The notes under the pieces: generated by a model
Database searches by the model: none
The model's input: only the letters and a program-made list of their open reading frames with translations
Told to the model about the DNA's origin: nothing
Part shown: positions 27,070 through 36,710 of the stretch, in pieces
Numbering within the stretch: position 1 is the stretch's first letter
How the letters are laid out: each line of letters opens with the position of its first letter
Source of the DNA: a virus
Virus record (IMG/VR): IMGVR_UViG_3300047564_001181
Location: 31,187 to 95,186 of that record
Length of the DNA stretch: 64,000 bases
Strand: one strand, 5' to 3'
Made by a program: the position numbers and the translations under genes

Positions 27070-27308
27070 CTTGATTTTGCCTTTCCAACATATATTCCAT
27101 ATCTTGTGTACTTAAAATTATATCCGTGAGTAGTATACTCTATTGTAAAGATTGGGTCAAGGTCGTAGTGTGGAATATATCCTTTATTTCGCATATATTC
27201 TTCTGCAATCTGTTCATATCTCTCTCTGAGACGGATAATGTCTTTATCGTCATTAATCACACCAGAGAAGTCGAAGTTGTGAATCTTCTTATGAATAGCG
27301 TATTCCAC
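26961..27308 (-). CDS. hypothetical protein
   Basis: ORF between helicase and primase; start moved to the GTG 6 nt after a TATAAT. Confidence 0.65.
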   Translation of the reverse strand: MEYAIHKKIHNFDFSGVINDDKDIIRLRERYEQIAEEYMRNKGYIPHYDLDPIFTIEYTTHGYNFKYTRYGIYVGKAKSRCYQAVIGTKLILMSPTQQGKSKKSSPSVASQSGQS

Positions 27309-27332
27309 ATATTCATTATACCCCAAATCTGA

Positions 27333-28556
27333 CTAGAAATTAGGGTCTGAAATCTCTTGAAATTGACCTTTATCAAAGTCTGCAAACATTACGAAGTCAC
27401 CTAAAAACCCATGGCGATTCTTACGAAATGCACACTCTAGAGCATCCGTATTTTGCTTACGACCAAGTGCTAATACCCAGTCAGCATCGTACGCAATCTG
27501 ACGAGACCATGCTACCTGTCCCAATTGTGGAACAGATTCTAAGTCTGTGGCATCATCTGGCGTAGCAGATGCAATTGCAATAACTGGAATTTGCTCTGCA
27601 ATAGCCAATAACTTTAGCTCACGAGATAGGTTCTTAATCTTTACTGTCTCATTTGCATTTGTATTAGAGTTGTCAGTCATCAACTGTAGGTAGTCAATAA
27701 TAACTAGGTCTGGTTTATATTGGTCAATCTTGGCTCTAATAACGCTTGGCGTTACTGCTCCTTCTCCATCACCAGAGATAATTTTGAATGGTGCTTTACC
27801 AACAACATTGTCTTCAGCCCATTCTTTAAAATCATTCTCATCTACTTTTCCAGAAGACATAACTCTATGACTAAACTTTCCATCGCCAATAACTGTAAAG
27901 ATACGATTACGAACTTCATTCTCAGTCATTTCAAGCGATAGAATCATTGGCACACGACCTGCTTTCCAAGCCTGTACTGCAAAATACAATGCAAGCCAAG
28001 ATTTACCAATAGCAGGGTATGCAAGAAGGATACCTAGTTGTCCTTTGGAGATTCCCATTGGGAGGCAGACATCGAATGATGGGATATTGGTCCTGATTCC
28101 AATGTCCCCATTTTTAGCAGCCTCACGAGTCTTTTCAAAGTACGCCAGAGCATCATCAATGTCTGTAACTTCAACATCTCTCACCTTTGCTGTAATTCTA
28201 GACAGGTTAGATACAGAGCCATTTACAAAATCAAGTGCTTTGCTTGTTTCTCCATTTTGCAGTAGCTCTGCAGACTGTCTAAGTGTTTTTCTAAGAGATT
28301 CATCCAGAAAGGCTTCTTTTAGTTTATTTACATGATAAACGGTAGGACCAACCTCTACTGAATCAAAATCTCTAAATCTAGTTTCAAGTAGTTCAGCGTT
28401 TGGGATTTGTTTTGTATCATTGTAGTATTCTTTAATAAAGTCCCAAATGTCACCACAAGTAGTCATCATTGGGTCTACACCATTCTCAAATAGAATGTGG
28501 ATATCTTTATTTTTACATACGGCAGAGATTACCTCTACTTCTTCCTTCATACTCAT
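27333..28556 (-). CDS. dnaB: DnaB-like replicative helicase
   Basis: 'AYPAIGKS', 'SLEM', 'IIDYLQLM', 'SRELKLLA', 'DAD', 'KNRHG'. Confidence 0.93.
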   Translation of the reverse strand: MSMKEEVEVISAVCKNKDIHILFENGVDPMMTTCGDIWDFIKEYYNDTKQIPNAELLETRFRDFDSVEVGPTVYHVNKLKEAFLDESLRKTLRQSAELLQNGETSKALDFVNGSVSNLSRITAKVRDVEVTDIDDALAYFEKTREAAKNGDIGIRTNIPSFDVCLPMGISKGQLGILLAYPAIGKSWLALYFAVQAWKAGRVPMILSLEMTENEVRNRIFTVIGDGKFSHRVMSSGKVDENDFKEWAEDNVVGKAPFKIISGDGEGAVTPSVIRAKIDQYKPDLVIIDYLQLMTDNSNTNANETVKIKNLSRELKLLAIAEQIPVIAIASATPDDATDLESVPQLGQVAWSRQIAYDADWVLALGRKQNTDALECAFRKNRHGFLGDFVMFADFDKGQFQEISDPNF

Positions 28557-28879
28557 TTATTCATTTCCTTAACAATCTGCTGAGTCATTACTCTTCTTTC
28601 GGCTCTAAGTCTATCATCTCGTTCTTTGTCTGTCAATGACTTAATCAAAGATTCGCAGTTATTGTAGAACCAATTTAGGGGATGACCTTCTTTATGAAGT
28701 GTAAAATAGTAGTCTATTGCTTTTTCTATATTTTCTTCTGAGAAATCATCAATGATTTGGGACATAGCCCATTTTTCTTTATACTTATTAATTGGTAGTG
28801 GCTTGCCATATCTATTCTTATACTTATTAGCATAATATGCAAGCATTCCAAATGCTGCACTAGATTGGTCTTTAGTCAC
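28553..28879 (-). CDS. hypothetical protein (upstream of helicase, possible loader)
   Basis: Overlaps the helicase start; function suggested by position only. Confidence 0.6.
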   Translation of the reverse strand: MTKDQSSAAFGMLAYYANKYKNRYGKPLPINKYKEKWAMSQIIDDFSEENIEKAIDYYFTLHKEGHPLNWFYNNCESLIKSLTDKERDDRLRAERRVMTQQIVKEMNK

Positions 28880-29069
28880 CCAATTCCTCCGTAATTTCGT
28901 TTACTTTTTCTTTTAACTTAGTTTCAACAAACTTATAGACTCGTTCAGTTGCTTGGTCTACAGTCTCGCCTTGTCTTACATAATCTTCAACGCCTATGTC
29001 TACATGTAGGCTTTCGTAATTACCAAGATTACGAACAAACTTTAGACCGACCTTAACTGTGGTACTCAT
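28872..29069 (-). CDS. hypothetical protein
   Basis: 'NLGNYESL..D.G' motif seen in small phage replication-region proteins. Confidence 0.7.
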   Translation of the reverse strand: MSTTVKVGLKFVRNLGNYESLHVDIGVEDYVRQGETVDQATERVYKFVETKLKEKVNEITEELGD

Positions 29070-29307
29070 CCTTATCCTCTACTTCTCTAGTAAACCCAAT
29101 TGGGAGCTTAACATCTTCTTCCCTCTCAAGAATCCTTCCAAGCATGGACCATCTATCAGAGATGGCTACAATTGCATCTAGGTCACGATTAAACCTAGCA
29201 ATCTTATAAGCTTCTTTCAAGGCTGCTGCACTATTTTCAAATGCAATGACCGAGGATACCATGTTATAGTCAACCTTGTCAAGTTCTTTTCTTTTCTTTT
29301 TAATCAT
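29053..29307 (-). CDS. hypothetical protein
   Basis: 84-aa ORF, translationally coupled. Confidence 0.65.
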   Translation of the reverse strand: MIKKKRKELDKVDYNMVSSVIAFENSAAALKEAYKIARFNRDLDAIVAISDRWSMLGRILEREEDVKLPIGFTREVEDKDEYHS

Positions 29308-29843
29308 TAAAAATCAACTCTTTTCCAAATTGGGACAAAGTTACCCTTTTTGTCCTTTACATATACCATTTCACGCTTTCCTAGAAGGGCATCTAGTTCT
29401 TCAATTGAAGGAACATTGTAGGATGTAATTGTTCCATCTGCTCTTGGTCTTCCTTTATGAATGTTAGCAAAGTAATCTCTTATCTCATAAATATTATCTT
29501 CAGAGAAGTAATAAATACCAGCTCTACCTACTGCAAACTTTCCTTTTCCAGCTTCTTTTCTGATTGGAAGCATAAATGGCTTTGTTACTTTACCAGCATT
29601 AATTGCTTTCCAAACTGCCGTAATGTCTCTACCAACAAAATAAGATACATGTTTGATTGTATAAGCTTGCTGCTTAAACTTTTTGTAGTCTGCAATGCTG
29701 TATGCAGAAACATTATTTGTCGAATAGTTGTATGCACGAATCATACCTGCAGCACGATTTGTGTTTACAATCTCATGAAACTCTCCGTTAAGGAAGAATC
29801 TCTTTTTATTAATTCTTAATGGTTTGTCGTCCACTCGACCCAC
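29307..29843 (-). CDS. putative DNA-binding protein (MerR/Xis-like HTH)
   Basis: 'YTIKHVS..VGR....V.K.I..G.V..P' and 'YFSEDNI...RD'. Confidence 0.55.
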   Translation of the reverse strand: MGRVDDKPLRINKKRFFLNGEFHEIVNTNRAAGMIRAYNYSTNNVSAYSIADYKKFKQQAYTIKHVSYFVGRDITAVWKAINAGKVTKPFMLPIRKEAGKGKFAVGRAGIYYFSEDNIYEIRDYFANIHKGRPRADGTITSYNVPSIEELDALLGKREMVYVKDKKGNFVPIWKRVDF

Positions 29844-30043
29844 TCCATTTCAACCTTGTGAAGCCATATAATAAAATCCCCGTGTTGACTAGGATAATGA
29901 TAAATCCATAGTTTTCCACAAGATAAACAAGATAGCTCTAAGTGAATTTCTGAAAGGTATTGTCTTTCTGACATAACCCTGCCACCACACTTGTCGCAAA
30001 ACAAGTTCATCCCGTTGTTTACAGATACTTTTGGAACTTTCAT
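29816..30043 (-). CDS. small Zn-ribbon protein
   Basis: CDKCGG ... CLSCG. Confidence 0.65.
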   Translation of the reverse strand: MKVPKVSVNNGMNLFCDKCGGRVMSERQYLSEIHLELSCLSCGKLWIYHYPSQHGDFIIWLHKVEMEWVEWTTNH

Positions 30044-30852
30044 TAGGCACTAAACTTCTTTCCATCAACATAACATGTGTAGTCTGGGCTAACATGAATT
30101 AGGTCGATGTGAGGGTATTCTCCGTTCTCAATATGTGCAATAGCAAATGCTTTTTGCCAGTTGTGTACATTTGTATAAGCCATACCACTAGACCTTTCGT
30201 CAGCCATATGACCAATTTCGTAACCACGAAGAATTTCTCCCTTGCCATCATTACGAAGTTCGTATGTTTGAAACATAGCACCAGCACGATGTGAGTGACC
30301 ACGAATAATTGAAACGCCAAAGTTTTCAACATCCTTCTTTACAGATTCACCTGCATTTTGAGAAATAGCCACACCGTGATGGACATGGATATCTCCAAAT
30401 CGTTTCTTTGGTAATTCATTATAATAAATATAATCATATCCAAGAGAATCTAATCTCCAGAGTGCTTCTGGAGTTACAGTCTCTATATAGTCTGGAAGCT
30501 TTGCATCTACATAATCAAAGATACGGATATCGTGATTTCCTAGTGCCGAAAACAGCTGTGCCTTTGGAGCAAGCTTACGAGTACGCTCATAAAATTCTCT
30601 AGCACCCTTTGCTTCGTGTTGCATTAAAGGTACAATTTCATTTCCTAATTCATCTTTATGCATTTTTAGGAATTCTGCTGAACGACCTTCTGTATACTTA
30701 CTGTAACATGCTTGGTCATCTGTATCACCAAGATAATCGACAACATGTGGCTTAAACCACTGCATAACCTTGAACCAAAGTTCAATCATTCTATCATCTT
30801 GATAGGGGAATTGCTGGTCGGATGACAGCATCCACCGTAAATCATTTGACAT
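30043..30852 (-). CDS. calcineurin-like metallophosphoesterase
   Basis: 'SD.Q', 'GD..D', 'GNHD', 'HG', 'GHSH'. Confidence 0.88.
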   Translation of the reverse strand: MSNDLRWMLSSDQQFPYQDDRMIELWFKVMQWFKPHVVDYLGDTDDQACYSKYTEGRSAEFLKMHKDELGNEIVPLMQHEAKGAREFYERTRKLAPKAQLFSALGNHDIRIFDYVDAKLPDYIETVTPEALWRLDSLGYDYIYYNELPKKRFGDIHVHHGVAISQNAGESVKKDVENFGVSIIRGHSHRAGAMFQTYELRNDGKGEILRGYEIGHMADERSSGMAYTNVHNWQKAFAIAHIENGEYPHIDLIHVSPDYTCYVDGKKFSA

Positions 30853-30863
30853 TTTTAGCCTTT

Positions 30864-31349
30864 CTAAGCTGCTTTTTTTGCTCTTAATCTACATATTTTA
30901 GAGCAGTACTTATAATGCTTTTCTGCGTGTATAGGTACAGAGTACGAATTGTAGCAGAACAAACATTCTTTTTCAACCATTTTTTGCAATCTACATTGTG
31001 AATTGCACTTTTTCTTACGCTTTACAATATGTGGTGGTCCAAAGAACTCTCTCCCACATGTACTACAAAGCCTACTAATCCATTTAGGATGTAATTTTGT
31101 AAAGGATACATTCCTCATATTATGAGCTTTATCGTGTTCCCTGCGAGAACAGACAAATAAGTTTTCAATTCTATTGTCATTCTTTATTTCATTAATATGA
31201 TGAACTGTTTCCCAGTCTTTTAGAGGTCTACCCAGATGTGATTCAGCGGTTAGTATGTGTTCAAAATACCAACCGCCAAAAGCCTTGGGATGCTTGGATG
31301 GAACCAAGACATACCCATTTAAATATCTATACGATAGCTCTCTTTCCAA
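30864..31349 (-). CDS. HNH endonuclease with C-terminal Zn fingers
   Basis: 'EH....E..LGR.L...E.VHHIN..K.DNRIENL......H...H'. Confidence 0.88.
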   Translation of the reverse strand: MERELSYRYLNGYVLVPSKHPKAFGGWYFEHILTAESHLGRPLKDWETVHHINEIKNDNRIENLFVCSRREHDKAHNMRNVSFTKLHPKWISRLCSTCGREFFGPPHIVKRKKKCNSQCRLQKMVEKECLFCYNSYSVPIHAEKHYKYCSKICRLRAKKAA

Positions 31350-31767
31350 TTGCTATGTATTTCACCTCAAACTTTTCATTCTTGATGTCGTTGTCGGCAT
31401 CAAATACTTGAACTGTTGCATTGAATTTGGTAGCAGTAATTCCATCAACTGATACCGCTGCTGGATTTGGCTTTGTGCTTCCAGTTACAGAGTGTGTGAC
31501 CATTGCAACAACCACAACCTCTGAATCTTTAAACGATACTGGGAACTTAATGTTTTCTCTTCTAACCTGAATACCCTTTTTATTTGCAGAGATAGAAATA
31601 TCAATTTTTCCAGTAACTACCTGAACATCTACATCCTTAACATATCCAGAAACAAGAATGTTGGAGTTGTTCTTATTGTCAACCTCAAGGGCATTGATAG
31701 CGTTAGCAACGCTATTTAACCATTCAAATGTTAGTGGCGTTCCATCGCTAAGGATTGGTACGGGCAT
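31327..31767 (-). CDS. minor tail / H-type-lectin-like protein
   Basis: 'IKFP.SF....VVVA', 'IT.T.F', 'YIAIG' beta-sandwich pattern. Confidence 0.55.
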   Translation of the reverse strand: MPVPILSDGTPLTFEWLNSVANAINALEVDNKNNSNILVSGYVKDVDVQVVTGKIDISISANKKGIQVRRENIKFPVSFKDSEVVVVAMVTHSVTGSTKPNPAAVSVDGITATKFNATVQVFDADNDIKNEKFEVKYIAIGKRAIV

Positions 31768-31952
31768 TAGTCTTTCTTACCTTTCGCTGGCTCTGTTTGT
31801 AAAGCCTTTAGTTCTTGAATTTCGGCATCTTTAGCAGCAAGTGCTTCAGTAGCCTGAGCCTTCAGTACGGCTAGTTGTGTTTCGTAGTTACTTGTAATTT
31901 GACCAATTCTATTCTGAAGTTCCTGAACTACGAGTTCTAGTGTTGTTGCCAT
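31767..31952 (-). CDS. small coiled-coil protein
   Basis: Heptad-rich 61-aa ORF with AGGAGA RBS. Confidence 0.7.
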   Translation of the reverse strand: MATTLELVVQELQNRIGQITSNYETQLAVLKAQATEALAAKDAEIQELKALQTEPAKGKKD

Positions 31953-31987
31953 TTATTCTCCTATTTTCTCTTGGGTAAAGTATAGCA

Positions 31988-33613
31988 TTATCCTTCTAAA
32001 ATTGCAAGCCTATTTTCAAGTTCTATGACTTTATTATTTAACTCTTGAATAGCTTTAATTGATGGAGCAATTAACTCTTCATATGCTAATGCCTGTGTTG
32101 AATCTAAATCATATTTATCTATTAAATTCCATATTGATGTATCAATTCCATAAACATCTAAAATAGACTTAATTTCTTGAGCAATAAACCCATAATGCCA
32201 TCTTGTTCCAGGCATATTTTCTATTACATTGCCTTCTTCATCCAATTCTTTTTTGTTTCCATTATTAAATTTAAACTTAACTGGTCTAATAGAATTAATA
32301 AACCCTAGCCCTAAATCTGAATCCGAAATTGAATTTTTTAGTCTTTCATCTGATGTAGTAACAGAAGCACCACCTTTATATAATTGAGAAAACCATCCCT
32401 GATATATATATTTTGAATTATCACCAATCATTCCATAAAGTCCAGATGCTGGATATGTTAATTTTGGCTCTACACCATCTGCTATGATTCTAAAAGATGT
32501 TGATGCGTCTAGTGGTCTAAAAGTTATATGTCCACCAGAAGTGGCTTGAAAAAGAAAAGTATTTCCATTCCAGGTGTCAGAAGTGTCAGACCTGAGATAT
32601 TGAGAAGATGTAAATCCTCCTAGTCTTTCAGAACTTAGGTTTGTTACTGTTGTTGTTGAAGATACTGTTAGTGGTGCTGTGCCTGTAGCTACAACACTAT
32701 TAAATCTATTAGCTTGAACTGTACCATTAACTTCTAAAGCATAGGTTAGCCCACCAGAACCCCTAATGTACAAGTCTCCATAAAGATTGGTATCAGACTC
32801 AGTACCAGAATCACCAATTTGAAGCCCGCCGCCAAGTCGTTGAATTCTTAATAATGCCGTATTAGTACTAGCAAAAGAAAATGTTTGAATATCATTAGCA
32901 TCAAATGCTGTTTGAAAGCTTGTCCCAATGGCATTCAAGACCCCTGTGTTATTGGATGATGAAATTTGTGGATTAGAGCCATAAATTGCCACACCTACTC
33001 CATCCGAGTTTGTTCCAACTAAAGAACCACCAAAAGATAAGTCTCCAGATATATCCCCAGACTGTGCAACAATAGTTCCTCTTACTAAAACATTGCTAAA
33101 AATAGCATTCCCATCTGAGGTTAATATCCAGCCATTTGTTCCAGCATCCCACTCAGCTGGGCTGGAGTTACCGATAATTGTTACTGTAGTTCCTCCAGTA
33201 GCAGATACTCGTACAGACTCATCTTCATCTTGAAGGTATAGATACCTTGTTGCAGTCGTGGAGTTTCCATCTGGGTCGTTGACATCATCATATTCTATAT
33301 CCAATACTAAATATAAATTAGAATCATATGTTGTTTCAGAGCCGTCATCTTCTCCATCAACATCTGCACCGATAGATACAGTCATGGGAGTATTTGTAGA
33401 TATGTTCCAAAATACATAATTCCCAGGCACAACATTTCTTATCTGAGTATTTGTTGGTTGTGCCTTTGGGATACCACCATCAAAATTTGTTGAGGATATT
33501 TGGTCTCCAGAAAAAGAAATTCCAGAGCCATCAACATCGATGTATGCGTCTAAACCACCAGACTCTTGGTTGTCGCCATCATCTTCTTCTAGCCAATCAA
33601 ATGTTACTGTCAT
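31988..33613 (-). CDS. tail fibre/spike with C-terminal intramolecular chaperone (peptidase S74)
   Basis: 'TSDERLK..I', 'GFIAQE', 'Y.ELIAP.IKAIQEL'. Confidence 0.85.
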   Translation of the reverse strand: MTVTFDWLEEDDGDNQESGGLDAYIDVDGSGISFSGDQISSTNFDGGIPKAQPTNTQIRNVVPGNYVFWNISTNTPMTVSIGADVDGEDDGSETTYDSNLYLVLDIEYDDVNDPDGNSTTATRYLYLQDEDESVRVSATGGTTVTIIGNSSPAEWDAGTNGWILTSDGNAIFSNVLVRGTIVAQSGDISGDLSFGGSLVGTNSDGVGVAIYGSNPQISSSNNTGVLNAIGTSFQTAFDANDIQTFSFASTNTALLRIQRLGGGLQIGDSGTESDTNLYGDLYIRGSGGLTYALEVNGTVQANRFNSVVATGTAPLTVSSTTTVTNLSSERLGGFTSSQYLRSDTSDTWNGNTFLFQATSGGHITFRPLDASTSFRIIADGVEPKLTYPASGLYGMIGDNSKYIYQGWFSQLYKGGASVTTSDERLKNSISDSDLGLGFINSIRPVKFKFNNGNKKELDEEGNVIENMPGTRWHYGFIAQEIKSILDVYGIDTSIWNLIDKYDLDSTQALAYEELIAPSIKAIQELNNKVIELENRLAILEG

Positions 33614-34593
33614 TGTCCCTTCCATCCAGATGGTCTTGATAATTTCTTGTCAAATGGTGTATTTTGCTCAATCCAGTCTCCAGTCCAAGCAGTATATGTT
33701 CCATCTGCATTTTTAAACCTAGTATATCTAGCAACTGCAAAATCGAACTGATAGTATTTTTTATCTAATATTTGTTTTGAAAAAACTGGTGGGTGTCCAT
33801 TCGGAAAAGTGTCTTCTACATCAAACCCACTGACACCATCTTGTATTGGGGATGTTCTATCTAAATCTACATCATTAATTAAGTATTTTCTTTTACCAGA
33901 GACGGTTGCCTTTGTTGAACCAGTTTTGTAAAAAATATGAACAAAGTCTCTAACTGTATCATTCCACATAAGGTTTTGATATATTGGCTTTGGAATTCTA
34001 ATTCTTAAGTTAGGAATCTTTTTTGTAATAGCAGCACCTCCACCAACATGGGTTACTGGATAGTTAGCAATTGTATTGCTATCGTCAGTAGTGTATGTTA
34101 CCCACGATGCAGCAGCGGTAGTATTTGTTGGGTGTAAATACTTAATTCTATTTTTAGGAGTATTATCTCTATTTTTAGCCAGCACTACTCCAGTTGGCAA
34201 TGCGGTTCCACCTGGAGGAGTTACGGTGAATGAAGTAGTTGCAATTCCCGAGGGAGCAGAAACTCTAATTCTATCCCCACCTTTAATTTTGTTTCTCTTA
34301 AAAGTTCCATTACCAGTGATTATAACTACAACGGCTCTAGTGTTAGTATCATTTTGCTCAATCTTGTACTTATAAATCTTAAATTTTCTATTTTTATAAC
34401 CAGTAATTACAGTCTTTGGTCTATTCTTAATTTCAAGCCTGTGATTCCTGGCTCTTGGTGGAGCTTCAGGGACAATGAAGTCAATAGTCGGTAGTGCTCT
34501 TAACTTTCCATATGGAGTTTCTGGATGAATAACAATTTTATATCTTTTGCCAGGAGTTAAACCCCTAAAATCTATCTTAGCCACCGAAACCAA
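33610..34593 (-). CDS. minor tail region protein (basic)
   Basis: Position in the tail module. Confidence 0.55.
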   Translation of the reverse strand: MVSVAKIDFRGLTPGKRYKIVIHPETPYGKLRALPTIDFIVPEAPPRARNHRLEIKNRPKTVITGYKNRKFKIYKYKIEQNDTNTRAVVVIITGNGTFKRNKIKGGDRIRVSAPSGIATTSFTVTPPGGTALPTGVVLAKNRDNTPKNRIKYLHPTNTTAAASWVTYTTDDSNTIANYPVTHVGGGAAITKKIPNLRIRIPKPIYQNLMWNDTVRDFVHIFYKTGSTKATVSGKRKYLINDVDLDRTSPIQDGVSGFDVEDTFPNGHPPVFSKQILDKKYYQFDFAVARYTRFKNADGTYTAWTGDWIEQNTPFDKKLSRPSGWKGQ

Positions 34594-35551
34594 TCCTTAA
34601 GGTATATTCAATATCGATTGGGATATTTGCAAGCTTAACGATTGGGGTAGGAAGAACTGCTCTAGAAATCATTCCTCTATTTGTATCAAGTTGATTAACA
34701 TTCTCGAATCTAAGTGCGTCTAGAATTACTGTTGCAGCACTTGATGCAACGCCTACTCTGGTAATGTTTGACCAGTCAAGCGTCCCAGCTGATGCTTGTG
34801 GGGTAGATGAGATTTGTTTAGTTATAACATTATAGCCTATTGCTGTAGATGTAAATCTATAGGTTCTGTATGTACCAGTTCCACCGCCAGAATAAAATGT
34901 GACATCCACATTTCTTCCAACTGCACTAGCATAAAAGCCTAAGATTATTTCATCTGTTTCGTCATATTGGTCAAGACCATTGAAACTATTTTCAGTATAG
35001 ATTTGCTGTGTGCCTCCAAGTAAAAGGGCTTTTCTACCAGTTCTAAACTGTGTGCCGTATGTAACATCTGTTCTATCTACCATTCTGTAGGTAGTATTAG
35101 TGTAATCATCTTCATTTAAATACTGACTTAATGATGAGTTATAAAAGTTATCAGCATTTTCAAAACCTAAAATAAGTTCTTGTTTATAACCTGTAGAACC
35201 TGAAAGTAACGGGTCAGAGAACAGACCCACCTCGTGAATTCTATAGTAGAGTGGGTCAGATATTCTACCCTTAAATAGAATTGCGTCATAGGTCGTATCT
35301 GAGTCAATATTACTTCCAATTACTGGGCAGGTAGCAACCTTTAATCCTAGTTTGTAGTCTGGAATTAAGTTATTGGTAGCCGCACCGTTTGCAGTAGAAC
35401 TAACACCAATACCTAAAGATGTAGCAAAGTTTGGAATAGCCCCCATAAGAGTTTTAACAGATAAAATTCTTCCGATTTCGGTCATGCTATTTTCAGCTTC
35501 TCCGATTAGTTCACCATTTTGATAAAATTTATATATTCCAGACATCTTCAT
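34577..35551 (-). CDS. minor tail protein
   Basis: 'EN.MT..GR', 'I.EVGLF', 'K......IEY.L' fibre-base-like pattern. Confidence 0.65.
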   Translation of the reverse strand: MKMSGIYKFYQNGELIGEAENSMTEIGRILSVKTLMGAIPNFATSLGIGVSSTANGAATNNLIPDYKLGLKVATCPVIGSNIDSDTTYDAILFKGRISDPLYYRIHEVGLFSDPLLSGSTGYKQELILGFENADNFYNSSLSQYLNEDDYTNTTYRMVDRTDVTYGTQFRTGRKALLLGGTQQIYTENSFNGLDQYDETDEIILGFYASAVGRNVDVTFYSGGGTGTYRTYRFTSTAIGYNVITKQISSTPQASAGTLDWSNITRVGVASSAATVILDALRFENVNQLDTNRGMISRAVLPTPIVKLANIPIDIEYTLRIGFGG

Positions 35552-35553
35552 CT

Positions 35554-36708
35554 TTAAATTATACCATCCTCTTCGACCAAATATACAGTATACCCTAAAA
35601 CTTCTTCTGCGTCAACAAATTCTAGCTCTAGGTCATAACGGGGCTGACCATTAGATGTGTAAGACGGAAAGAGTGGAGTGATTTCCGCTCTAGCCGATTT
35701 ATGAAATCCAAAGTTTGACAAAACTGTACTATCCTCAGAACGATAATTATTTAATGATACATGAATTGGCACAAGATTATCTTGTATTTTATACACAAGG
35801 TTTGCAGCCTGTGGAGAGATTGAAGACTGAATTTTTGTCTCTGGCTCAAAGTATTGCTCATAGATAATTTCATTATCTTCATAAAATGTGCTTCCAGAAG
35901 AATCTTGTAAAGAATCAATAGTTTCCCAGTCATAGTTTGCTAAAACCATGTCTGGAATATTTAAAAGTTCTAATACCTGCTTTTGAATTTCTCCGTCATA
36001 TAGCCTCTTATAGTCGGCTGAATACCAAACCTTTACATATTTTGCTGGAGTCGTCTTTCCCTGAGTTCCAGTTGTTCCATTAAATTGAAAACCATTGATG
36101 TTGTTGCTAGTGGTTGTTGGGTCATTTCTAACAATTTCTGCTAACTTTTGATATCTGGCTAATGGATTTGAAAATGTTGTAGAGGCAGAATCATATCTCT
36201 GAATATCTTTTACAACATAGTAGTATGATGTTTCTCCAGTTGAATAGTCTTGGTATTTATAAACATCTTGACCAGATTTAAATCCAGACTCTTTACCAAC
36301 TTTTGTCAGAAGACCAGTAGTTCCCTGTGACGATACTTGTGGTCTTGGCAGCTCATCTTTGCTGGTAACAAAATTAACATTTGCAGAGGTTTCAGACATC
36401 TGTTCCATAAATCTGTCCATGGAATTATTACCCCCACCAAAAGCATTAACTCCATACTTTCTTAAAAAGTCTCTTTCTTCAGCGGTTAACTGTGATGCAT
36501 CTTTTTTCTTTAGGACAGCAAAGTTTTGTTTTACCTTAAGTACATTGTAGTCATTCTTTTGTGATTTTGATAGGGTGTTAAAGTTGTCTCTCAGCCACAT
36601 GAAATATGTTGCTAGTTTTTTCTCTTGTTCTGGATTTTGACTAAACACAGCGTTTCCATAGTTCTGGAATAGATTATCCATTGCGTTTGGACTTGACGGC
36701 ATTACCAT
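35554..36708 (-). CDS. hypothetical tail-region protein
   Basis: 384-aa ORF in the tail module. Confidence 0.6.
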   Translation of the reverse strand: MVMPSSPNAMDNLFQNYGNAVFSQNPEQEKKLATYFMWLRDNFNTLSKSQKNDYNVLKVKQNFAVLKKKDASQLTAEERDFLRKYGVNAFGGGNNSMDRFMEQMSETSANVNFVTSKDELPRPQVSSQGTTGLLTKVGKESGFKSGQDVYKYQDYSTGETSYYYVVKDIQRYDSASTTFSNPLARYQKLAEIVRNDPTTTSNNINGFQFNGTTGTQGKTTPAKYVKVWYSADYKRLYDGEIQKQVLELLNIPDMVLANYDWETIDSLQDSSGSTFYEDNEIIYEQYFEPETKIQSSISPQAANLVYKIQDNLVPIHVSLNNYRSEDSTVLSNFGFHKSARAEITPLFPSYTSNGQPRYDLELEFVDAEEVLGYTVYLVEEDGII

Positions 36709-36710
36709 GC

